A DNA stretch of 64,000 nt from Bigelowiella natans CCMP2755 (lineage: Eukaryota > Protista > Cercozoa), in assembly GCA_000320545.1 (NCBI GenBank), contig ADNK01002621.1, positions 1 through 64,000 on the forward strand, given 5' to 3'. How positions within the stretch are numbered: the stretch's first letter is position 1; each line of letters begins with the position of its first letter. The notes below the pieces were generated by a model. The model was not told the origin of the DNA and made no database searches. It saw only the letters and a list, made by a program, of their open reading frames with translations. This document shows positions 53,498 through 64,000 of the stretch, piece after piece. Both the position numbers and the translations under genes were made by a program.

Positions 53498-56490
53498 GCA
53501 TGCCACCCACCCCTGCAGGTTGATAGTAGTCCTTCTTCTCCCAGAAGAGAGCTGCCTCGAAACTTCTTCCGAACTGGATCTTTTCACCGTTTTTATACTC
53601 CTTGAAGTCGTCATATCCCTGCTTAAACATGACCTTGAATCGAGAAGGAGCAGCCGCCTCAGATGATGACGAAGTGGCAGCAGTGTTAGTGTTCTCCACA
53701 TGCATCATAGCCTTTTCTCGGATGATTCTTTGCGCTTTCTCTGCACTGATATACTCGTCGTCGTCATCATAACTAGCACTACTAGCACCGCTGCTTCTTC
53801 GCTCTAAAGGAAGAGTGAGCAGAAACGGGGTCCCGAAATCTTGGTCGTAGTAGCTGCTGCCCCCACTGACCTTGTGGTTTACCGCGATGATGACATTGTC
53901 ACGGTCCTTGCCCTCCTTGAGGTCTGGGCATTCAAAGGCATAGATCTTGTCGTTGGCCATAATCGATTCCAGCTGGTGGCGCGGGGAGAATATCTTATAT
54001 ACTTTGCTCTGATAGATCTCACAGCTCACCAGTTTCTTGGCGTTGACACCTGCTGCCATTTTCGCCAACTCTTGATGGAGGTCGATAACTGACCCATTCT
54101 TCGGAACTGCAACTGCATATGCCCTTCTTGGAAGCTCGGGGTTCGCCCTGACGAGAGTCACGACCTGCACTTTCGTATCAACGTTGGGAAATGGGAGCTG
54201 CAAGATGCCACATGGGTCGAACTTGACACTAGCTCGGTTGCAGGCCGGACAGATGACCTGTGAGCGTATCTGCCCGTAGATGTTATCGATAATCACGGAA
54301 TCTTCACGCTTACGATGCTTCGACCAGCTCAACTGAGCCTTCTCCTCATCATCTTCTCCATTTCCGATAACAGGGTTCGGGTCATAGGGTTTCTTTCTCA
54401 CCCTATTTAAGTCCTCGTGCAACCCCTCTAGCAAGGCTGCTAAGAGCTCTTGAGAATCCTGCTGCTGGTACCCACTGAACCTATCCGAGTAGTCGCCAAT
54501 GGCACTCTTGAATCTAGACGGAGTCACGGTGTGAGGCCGCCTGTCCCACATCTCCTTTAATAGTTTGCCAAATTCGCGCGCAATACGCCCGTGAGACCTA
54601 ACAGACACGACACGATTTTGAGAAGTACAGCGATGCAACCAGAAGAAACATACTTTGTGAAATGCGAGAGCTTGAGGAAATGTTCGTATTTTGCGTAGGT
54701 TTGTGTGCAATACTTCCAACATAAACATCCTCTCGTAATTCTATTAATTACTTATATGCGTCCGGATTGATCTCGCTGGTGTAGTCTCCATCGACGAAAA
54801 AGTCAGCAAGAACTGGAGTGGCATTCATGCATTGTAATGTTGAATTCATAAAGCATGTGTTTCCAAGGTTCCGAAGGCCAACTGATCCTCTTACGCCGCC
54901 GCCACTGTATCCCCCCCCTCCTCCTCGCCAATCTCCATCGTCATAGTCCATCCTACGTGAGAATTCTTTTCTCTCACAGTGAGTGCCTGCCTTCGCAAGG
55001 CGCTCGGAATTAGTGTCGATCCATTCGTTCCAATCACGCTCGTATCCTATGTATGTGACGTAAATGCGATTATTATTAACTTGCAGCACTTGTGCCGCGA
55101 GCCAGTGGTTCTCGGTATCCAGGCAGTCGATCTCGTCATTAACCTCAAAATCACGCCAATCTCTCACCTGGATAGACATGTTATCTGTTAAGAAAGAACA
55201 AATTGATACAATTGTGTAGGTAGGTGGGAGGGAGAGAAGAAGTTGAGGAGGAGGAGGAGGAGGAGGAGGAGGAGGAGAAAGAAGAAGAAGGGTTGTGCGG
55301 GGAAGAAAGGGAGGGGGGCTGGGGTTGTAGAAGACCTTGATCTCTCGAACCCATGTTCCATCCGTTTTCTTTGTTTCCAGCATGAGCTTGCAAACTCGGT
55401 TGGACACTAGAGAGAAGTTAGGATCACCCAACTGCACCCTAAGTTGCATATCGTTGACGGGCTTCCAACTAATTATCTTCTCCCCCTCCCCAGGCAAGAG
55501 TTTCTCTCGCCTGATCAACTTCACCTTTGTGGTGGGTTTTGATTTCTTATCTTTATCTTCGTCACATAATACTACGAAGCGATTGTGCGGATCCTTGTCA
55601 GCGAGATGAAGGAGGTCGCCAGGGTACCACTCGCCGCGATAACAAGCCTCAACTCTTTCGCCAACTTCATAAGGAAATGTTCTTCGCGTCTCCTCTCGAT
55701 ACCAAAGCCGAACAGCTGCCTCCTTATTTTTCTCTTCCTTGTCTTCGCTCTTTGTCGGCGTGCTCGCTGCTTCCGCAGCAGATTTCCTATCAGCAGCGCC
55801 TACATCCTCCTCTTCCATCTTATCAATTTTTGGTGTTCCCTGTTCTCCTTCTTCTGTGTTCATAGCTTTTGTTCCGCTAGCGCTCTTATACCTCTTCGCT
55901 TCATCTTCCAAGACCTTCTGAAGTGTTGCATCACGAGGATAAGGGCGCACAGCGGCAGTATCGAATTTGACGATGTCGTTTTCGGATGATGATTTGCAAG
56001 GGGCCAGCACAACGTATACAGGGTGCAAGTCCACTTTCACCCTCTTCGTGATTACCCCTGCCATTTTGGTTGTACGCTTGATAAGTGGTCCTCCAGTGTA
56101 CCATCCACAAAGAGTCTCCCATACTGGGAGGGGTAAGAAGAAAAAATCTTGAATCTCTTGGGCGCTCATACGCAAGTGCACGATGCCGTCCGGTAAGTTC
56201 TTTTCCTCCTTATCTTCATTACTATCTTTTACTTCCAGCAACACACTATTCTCAATAGGCCCTGGAACAATAGCACTGGACATCGAATTGTCTTCTTCCG
56301 GCCTGTATTGCCAGAATGCCTTGGACCCTGTGTAGTCGATCCATGTTTCCAACCATTTGGAGGATATCAGGCACCACGTCTGGCCCGCCTCCATTTTACC
56401 ATGCTTCTTCATCATATCAGCGATAATACCACATTGCTCTTTCGGAGCAGGTCGTCCGACCGTCTTTTGATGAGTTTCCATCGAAGCCAT
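52084..56490 (-). CDS. Ubiquitin-specific protease of the USP4/11/15 type (DUSP + Tudor/MBT-like inserts + split catalytic domain)
   Basis: [23 protein letters not shown]. Cys box [53 protein letters not shown]. His box [21 protein letters not shown], then AYLLFY. Confidence 0.93.
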
Positions 56491-57119
56491 TCTCGTTCCT
56501 CCACAGCTGCTGGTTTACTGGAAATATATGACAGACCGCGTTGAAGAATCCAAACAAATGCGAAATCGCTGCTGATCACTACTACTAAGCCTGGATGCTC
56601 TGAGATTTACCACTTTTCGAGTTTGAGGAAAGATCGGGCAGAGCCAGAGAGGTGATTCCCAGAGCCTTCTTCGTACAGGATGAGTTCTCGCTTCACAGAG
56701 ATAAGACCGAAAGGAAGCAAGATCAGGAGACTTTTTATCGTAAATAATCCTAAAGATTTTGTGCGACATGACACAAAGAATGTCTTAGTATCGGAACATG
56801 TAAACGAATGATTTCCTGATTTCCCAGGAAAGAAATCGCTGCATCAATCCAATTCGCCGACAGGAAGGTTTGATTTGATTTTTAAGACACATTGACTTAT
56901 TAATTTCATTCTCTATTCGAAATTTCTCTGGATTTTGCAATTTTCCCTCTGGGTTTACAGCAACTTGTGAGCGTTTTGGTCCTTTTCTTCGATCAAGTAA
57001 GCTCTTATTAAAATCTCGTATTGTTATTGTTTCAAGGAGAGAGGAGGAGAGGGAAGAGCTCCCTCACAAAGCACGATAAACGAAAACAGGAGGAAAGAGG
57101 AGGAGTCTTTCCACACGTT

Positions 57120-58520
57120 ATGATTTGCCTATGGATTTTGTTGAGCCTTTCTCTTCAGAGCACAACAATGGCTTCAAGGTGCGAAGAGGCGAGGGAAACT
57201 CTTGATAAAAACTGGGTTGGATCTTCCACGATCCCTGCGTTTGGGTTATATCCTCATCAATGGAGTTGGGATACGGCATTTATTACGTATGGACATGCAA
57301 CTTACAACACAACCAAGGCGCAAATCGAATTGGAGAGCCTCTTTGAAGGCCAGTGGGAAAACGGCTTGTTGCCACACATTGTGTTTAACCCCAACGTCGC
57401 TCCCTCAGCCTATTTTCCTGGATCTGACTACTGGCTGTCCTCAACAATGTCCAACGACCTTGCACCACTTGGAGTTGAAACCTCTGGAATCGTTAATCCT
57501 CCTGTACATGTCTCTGCTGTTTTGAACTTGGTTCGTCGTGATCCATCAAGCCCTCAAACTGCATCGTTTCTTCACCGCATTTATCCAAAGCTTTCTCGAT
57601 GGATGGGATACCTTCTTAATGAACGCGATCCTGATGGCAACAGTCTTGTGTACATTCGTCATCCGTGGGAGTCAGGCATGGACAATGCCCCTCAATGGGA
57701 TGCGGTCCTTGATAATATCACAGTGCCATCCGGCTCCATCCCGCCTTATCATCGCACCGATCTCAATCACTCTAATCCAAAAGATCGACCCTCAAATTGG
57801 ACCTATGACAGATTCGTTTTCCTCATGATTTGCGCCAGAAATAGGAGCTACTCTGAAGCTGCTATCTCTGCATCAGACGGCACAGGATGCCCATTCATCG
57901 TGGAGGACCCTTTGTTTAACTCAATTCTTGTTCAAGCCGCAAAGGACATGGCAGAGCTTGCTCTTTTGCTAAAACCGGCAAACCCAACGGAGTCCAAGCA
58001 TTGGATGGAGGTGGCTAGTCGCGTAGCAAAGGCCCTCGAAAGTCTTTGGAGCGATGAGCTCCGCATGCTTGCGAGTCGAGATATGCGTACGAAGAAACCC
58101 CTACTTTCACGCGTTATTGCAGGGTTTGCACCGCTGCTGATTCGACAACCGTTTCCAGGAGGACCTCCAAGCTACTACGATAATCTACTGCGATCGCTGC
58201 AGTCCCCAGCTACTTTCTGGAGCCAATACGGAGTACCAACTCTTGCAATCGACGATCCAAGATTTAATAGGCGTCTTTATTGGCGTGGTCCGGCTTGGTA
58301 TAATATGGATTGGCTGTTCCTTCGTGGACTGCAAACAGTCGGAAGCAACGCCACAGATACAGTAGCGGAAGGGCTGTTGAATCGGATGGAATCGATGGTG
58401 GATGAATCCGGCATGCGGGAATATTGGGATCCATTGAACGGCACAGCCCACGGTACAAATAGTTTTTCATGGACTGCTGCGTTGCACCTCGATGTTTTCT
58501 GTGATCAAAATGTAAACTAA
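57120..58520 (+). CDS. Secreted, intronless GH63-like glycoside hydrolase (glucosyl/mannosyl-glycerate hydrolase-like (alpha/alpha)6 barrel)
   Basis: Signal MICLWILLSLSLQS, LYPHQWSWDTAF, HPWESGMDNAPQWD, YWRGPAWYNMDW and REYWDP..G..FSWTAAL in one continuous ORF. Confidence 0.85.
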   Translation: MICLWILLSLSLQSTTMASRCEEARETLDKNWVGSSTIPAFGLYPHQWSWDTAFITYGHATYNTTKAQIELESLFEGQWENGLLPHIVFNPNVAPSAYFPGSDYWLSSTMSNDLAPLGVETSGIVNPPVHVSAVLNLVRRDPSSPQTASFLHRIYPKLSRWMGYLLNERDPDGNSLVYIRHPWESGMDNAPQWDAVLDNITVPSGSIPPYHRTDLNHSNPKDRPSNWTYDRFVFLMICARNRSYSEAAISASDGTGCPFIVEDPLFNSILVQAAKDMAELALLLKPANPTESKHWMEVASRVAKALESLWSDELRMLASRDMRTKKPLLSRVIAGFAPLLIRQPFPGGPPSYYDNLLRSLQSPATFWSQYGVPTLAIDDPRFNRRLYWRGPAWYNMDWLFLRGLQTVGSNATDTVAEGLLNRMESMVDESGMREYWDPLNGTAHGTNSFSWTAALHLDVFCDQNVN

Positions 58521-58579
58521 TACGGTAGAACTGCGCGAACATGGCAGCTCTTTACACACAAACAAAAATTTACAGCTAT

Positions 58580-58706
58580 GCAGCAATGCATGAGTCGGAT
58601 GTAATGAAATGATTACATTCTTCCAATTGTTACGCATGTGTGCATACGATGTAAATGTGCACATGTGTATGCATGCATGCATGTCTTGTGTGTGTATGCA
58701 TGCATG

Positions 58707-58745
<39 letters not shown>

Positions 58746-59585
58746 ATTTGCACATGTGTGCATTCATGCATGCAAACCGCTGTGCACAGCTACATTGAAA
58801 CGATGACCACTGAAAAATGTCATCCTTCCATTGCATCTGTCTCAGTCTGTATGTGTGTTTGCGTGCGTGTGCGCGCGTCTAGGCGTGCATGCTAGCATGA
58901 ATGCACATGAGTGGTGTAGCCACACCGCTGCGAGCAATTCGATCGATGCGATGTGTGCTGTGCTCCAAGATCTTCCTGACATTGCACGTCCACACCACAT
59001 TGTCGTTTTCATGAGTGCAGCACGTGTTTGGAACACATGCTGTCGACATCAACTGTGTTGCAGCACTGTGTTCTGAACACACATTGCCACACAACATGTG
59101 CATGTTGTTGACAGTCTAGCAGTGCATGATTCTCACAAACATTGTGTGTTCAAACTCATCAACAAAAACCTGTGACAATGCATTTTGCTGAATTGTTGAT
59201 TTGAAAACACACATGACATGATCATGCACATGCTGTCATCATCATTTGTTGCAAAACATGTGTTGTCATTGACATTGTGCGCATGTTGCCACAGTGTGTG
59301 TTCTGAAATGCATTGCCACAGACGTTGGAAAGCCACTGCGTTGTGCGTGCGTGTCGAAATCATCGGTCGGTTTTTCCTGCACAACGCTAGAACGTGTTTG
59401 ATCTTGGCTTTGTCCATTGCAGGAAAAAACGGTCTGGAAGAATAGGACATTGCAATTGAGAGGCACAAGGCATTGAATGTGCAAATCAACATTGCACTCT
59501 GCAAGAGCCCAAGTCAGCAACCATTCAAGTGAGCGACACGAACGCTTCGCTTCCGTGTGTGCGGTGGTGGGCCCAGTTTTTTTTC
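58580..59585. other. Intergenic TpA-depleted, TG/CA-rich tract (possible hypermutated repeat relic)
   Basis: Only 3 TA dinucleotides counted in 58921-59585; dense tgca/catg/caca words. Confidence 0.7.
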
Positions 59586-59853
59586 TAATTTAGGCTTGTT
59601 GTCTCTGCATTTTTTCAAAAACTACCTGCATTTTATCTTTAAATTTTTTGCTGAATTAATAGCACGTGCTCGTCAGGGGCTCAACACACAAATTACGATG
59701 ACAATGACAGCGAAAAGACGAGGAGGAGGAGGCTGAGGATGCTGCTGCTGCTGATGATGATGATCCAAAAGAGGACATCAATGATGATGAGCAAAGGACA
59801 CGATATCTAATCGCCACAAGTTTAACTGAAGAACTAATAAAAACCTATCTGCG

Positions 59854-60839
59854 ATGGCCGAGGAGGGGCAGCTCCCACGGACGCATCGAGGAAGCCACGC
59901 GTCAAGGACAAGATCGGTGACTATCACAGTATTACTGTGATCTACTGGCTTACCTTAATATTTGATGTGTCTATTATCAGAGTGATGTCTTTGCAACCTC
60001 GAACGAAAACTTTCGTCAAATGGGACTCAGCGCTGCAGTGCTCAAGGGACTAGATGCAGCAGGTTTTCACAAACCATCGCCCATCCAACTCGAAGCAATT
60101 CCACTTGGACGTTTTGGTAAAGATCTTATCGCACAGGTGTAAACAAGTAGTGGTGAGGACGATGACTACGGTTATTGTGTAGACAGATAATTATGGTAAT
60201 GATGACAATTGCGATATTATTGACGGTGGCCGCGTTGCTTATAGGTGAGTGTCCACGAATGAACATTATCTTGTGCTCTAACGACGTATAATCACAATAA
60301 CGTTGAATAGGCTAAATCAGGGACCGGCAAGACATGTGTATTTTCGGTCATCATGTTGGAAAATCTGGGTTTGCTGCAACTCTACTACTCGTTTTCTCTC
60401 CTCTCTCTTTTAATTTTCACTCTTTGCATTTCTGAATTAGATGTCGATTCCAAAAGACCACAAGCAGTCACAGTAGCTCCAACACGCGAGATTGCAGTGC
60501 AGATAAGGGACGTTGTCTGCACCATCGGAAAATTCTTGCCCGTAATGTAAGTTAGCTGCATAATAAAAAGGAGGGAGACTTTCTGCCAACAATACGCGAT
60601 AATGATCAAAAAACAGGTTACCTTTCAACTGAACATAATGTGTTTTTTGCAGCTGTAACTTCTTCATAGGAGGACTTTCAGTTGCTGGAGATAAACTGAA
60701 GATTGGCACAACACAAATAGTTGTGGTACGAAATCACCTCCACGATAATAACGTATTTAATGATAATGGCAAATTGTATCATCACTATTTGGAGCAACCC
60801 TGATCTAGTAGTAGTAGTAGTAGTAGTAGCAGTAGCAGT

Positions 60840-60876
<37 letters not shown>

Positions 60877-62957
60877 CGCAGGTAGAGCGACAATGAGGTA
60901 TATATGTGAGAAGAGGAGGCGGCTTCTTTCTTCTTTGTCCATACTACTATATACTATTAGTCCGTTGCTTTTTTCATTGTCATCACCTATTAGGGCACTC
61001 CCGGACGGCTTCTATCCCTTCTCCAAATGAAAAATAACAGCAGTTACAAGCATCAAACCTCCTCCTCCTCCTCCTCATCATCATCATCATCATCATCATG
61101 TTTCCAGTCGGTGCGAACATTCGTACTTGACGAGGCGGACCAGCTTCTGGCACCTGAGTTTGCAGTTTCTGTAGCTAAAATTGCTTCATTGCTTCCGAGA
61201 CACAAGCAGGTTATGACCTTCTCAGCTACATACACTGAGCGAGCTCTTATTCTTGCTAGAAAGCTAATGTCAAAGCCATACATGCTTCGACTCTCAAAAG
61301 ACGAGCCTTCATTGAAAGGGGTCAAGCAATACTACATGTACGCCATCTCCGAAGAAGATAGTAGTTCTAGTGCTGATGATGATAACGTTGATGAAGAAGA
61401 CTCTGAAGCATATAGTGCTGCGCCCGATGGCAATCTGGAGAATGATAAGAAGAAACAAAGGAAAAAGAAAAAGAAAAAGAAAAAGATCATCAGGACTACG
61501 AGGCCACACGAGCTATTTGCCATGAAGGTGCGTGCAACCACCACTCTTTAGAGCGCGCGTCCTGACGACAACAAACGCCAGTACCGAAAATGCTGATTGT
61601 CTGATATATGGTTGATAAGGTCCGCAAGGTTCTCTGGGTGCTTGGAAACATCGTCTTTCACCAGTGTGTGATCTTCTCCAACTTCAAAGCACAGGCAGAG
61701 GAGCTCGTGGACATCCTCAACGACAATGGCTTCCCATCATGCTGCATTGCCGGTGAACAGCAACAGCGTGAGCGCCTTGAAGCAATAGCCAAGATCCGGG
61801 CATTTGAAGCACGAGTGCTGGTGAGCACGGATCTCTCTTCTCGTGGAGTTGATATAGAGCGTATCAGTCTTGTGATCAATCTTGATTTGCCATCTAATCC
61901 CAATGTGTATCTCCATCGTGTTGGTCGCACGGGGCGTTTCGGCACACGGGGCCTCGCAATCACAGTAGTCTCGGGTGAAGGAACCAAGGAGGAAAGACGC
62001 TTACAGAATATTAAGAGGCAATTCAACACACAAATAGAGCCGTTGACTGACACCACCACCAGCTCTCTTATGGAACTTTCTAAAAGTCTGCTAGAAAGCC
62101 TCGGAGAAGAGACGGATGAGAAACAACTGGAGACTATGCAGAAAGTACGTCTTGAAGCAGCTCGAAGAACATCGCAGGAACAGGCAAAACTTCGACGACG
62201 GAATCATTGCCACGGCAATGGTGACCGAAGCGAGAACGTTATTATATCAGAGAAAACGAGGACGCTGTTACGAAAAATGATGATGAAGAAATTCGATTCA
62301 TCATCATCGTCACCAGCAGCAGCAGCAGCAGCAGCACTGCCCTCATCATCATCGTCGTCATCTAAGGGAGATCAATGGGGGGGGGCAGCAGGACAACGGG
62401 TCAACAAAGCATCATCGTCATCATCACCACCACCACCACCGTCAGCACGATTGTCACAAGAAAGAAATCATCGGCGGGGCGGAGGACAACCAGAAGCCTA
62501 TAATGCATTGTTTCCAGAGGTAGCAGCCACCGCCGCAGTAGCAGAAAGTCATACTCATGAACAGCTACCATCGTACCCATCGCTGGTGTCGTATGCGAAA
62601 GGGAATGGTAATAATTATGACAACAAAAATAGTCACCACCACCAGCCCTATCATAGCCATGAAGATCAATTTCATCACTACCATCCATCGATTCCATTTC
62701 ATCTCTTGGAACGCTACCGAAGGCAAACAGCCACGGTAGGACGACATCTTAATCGCCATGCTGATTATCAGCAGCATAACCTTCATCATGAGCCCCAACA
62801 ACCACTTCAGCATGAGACATTCAATCCTTCTATCATCGATGACCCGGTACTTTCAATGCTGGCGAACGATGAAAGCCCTAGTTTTGCTAGGGACCTTTGG
62901 ACGAATGCACTTAATGCCGCCGCAGACTATAGAAAAGGTCGTAATCTTCGACAATGA
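59854..62957 (+). CDS. DDX20: DEAD-box RNA helicase, DDX20/Gemin3-like
   Basis: Q motif [70 protein letters not shown] and [12 protein letters not shown]. Long low-complexity C-terminal tail. Confidence 0.85.
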
Positions 62958-64000
62958 AACTTATCTTAAGATGCTGATCAAGCTAATGGTTTTTGAGATG
63001 TTGCTGCTTGTGTAGTGCGTTGTCTTTTGCCATCCATAAAACCATTGGCGTAGCCATGCAGTTTTACATGAGGAGGGGGAGGAGGGCCTGGGGTGTCCCA
63101 GCCCTACTATTCTGCTATTGGCAGCCAAAAATACCACCACCGTTTTCAAGTTTTCTGAAAGTTTGAGCATACTAAATCGCCCCTAGCAAGGTTTAGATAC
63201 TGAATTGTCAGAACGAATGAAAATTGGAGAGCAAGCTGCCATTGTATGCAGCTCTTTTGGATATGTAAGTAAGGCGTGGGGATTTCGGTGGATTTTACTT
63301 CATCACACGGCAAGTGTTGTCAGCAAGCTCGCGCATGGCCACTTGGGACCTGCCTTGCTAGCTTGTGCATGTGACGCATGCAATACTTCCGCATAGGCGC
63401 GCATTGGAGCTGTTGGAAAAGTGTAAATATTTCATTACATCCGTCTGTAGGTCTCCTAGTCGCGCATTGCGGTTTTCAAGTTTCACCTTTATTGAAGCGA
63501 TCATGCACTTTCATAAAGTATGTCAAATGCAGGATCACGTCTCGCTGTGTGATGGCTAGATGGTACATGCCATTGCTGCTTATGCTCTTACACATTTGCA
63601 ATCAAGTCACATTTATTGTCCGTGATGCACCAATACAATGTGGCTGCGAATAAATGATCGACGCTCGCCGAGTCAGCAATTTTGCGTTGTGCGTAGTGCT
63701 GCGGCATTATGATTCTATGACACGTCCTCGCTCAGGCTCTGTGTCTATAATCGCAAATTGATCGCAAGGTGCAGGTATATGGCGTGCAAAATGAAATTTG
63801 ATGTGCCTGTGCCATGCAGCATGTGCTGCACCCAAACCTCGTGCACACCGAAAGAGAGTTGTGAATGTGCAAGATGGCCGATTGTTTCCGCTTTTCCTGC
63901 AAGAACCACTTTCTCCATTCCAGCTAGTGTAACTTGTGTATGCATCGTTGCCCCTTAGTGTGGTTTCTTGCGTCCTCCACCGTTTTGAAATCTCCCGCTG

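Noticed and set aside
58467-59520. Overlapping His/Cys/Met-rich ORFs on both strands
   Set aside because: Artefact of TpA loss, which removes TAA/TAG stops and Tyr codons.
1-64000. tRNA, rRNA, CRISPR arrays or intact transposons
   Set aside because: None recognisable: no transposase or reverse-transcriptase motifs and no regular repeat-spacer arrays.

Overview
Eukaryotic, intron-dense nuclear DNA with GT-AG introns packed with microsatellites. Several genes carry an N-terminal signal peptide plus a Ser/Arg-rich transit-like leader, which suggests an alga with a complex plastid (chlorarachniophyte-like; inference). About 15 spliced genes were reconstructed by hand: (1) PEP synthase, truncated at the window edge, lying head-to-head with (2) a PEP-synthase/PPDK regulatory kinase-phosphorylase (DUF299) fused to a cNMP-binding domain; (3) B-box/RRM/CCCH protein; (4) histidine phosphatase; (5) TsaD/Qri7; (6) folate-receptor-domain protein; (7) OATP/SLCO transporter; (8) C45 Ntn-hydrolase; (9) At4g14100-like secreted protein; (10) MICAL-type monooxygenase ending in a villin headpiece; (11) a >3000-aa single-pass protein joining bacterial-type polysaccharide lyase modules to a REJ-GAIN/GPS stalk; (12) Lin0512-family protein; (13) DUSP-USP deubiquitinase; (14) intronless secreted GH63-like hydrolase; (15) DDX20-like helicase. 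Best leads: the PEP synthase / cNMP-regulator pair, the lyase-REJ-GPS surface protein, the MICAL-headpiece fusion, and an intergenic patch almost free of TpA. All family calls come from motif recognition, not database searches, and several gene ends are approximate.
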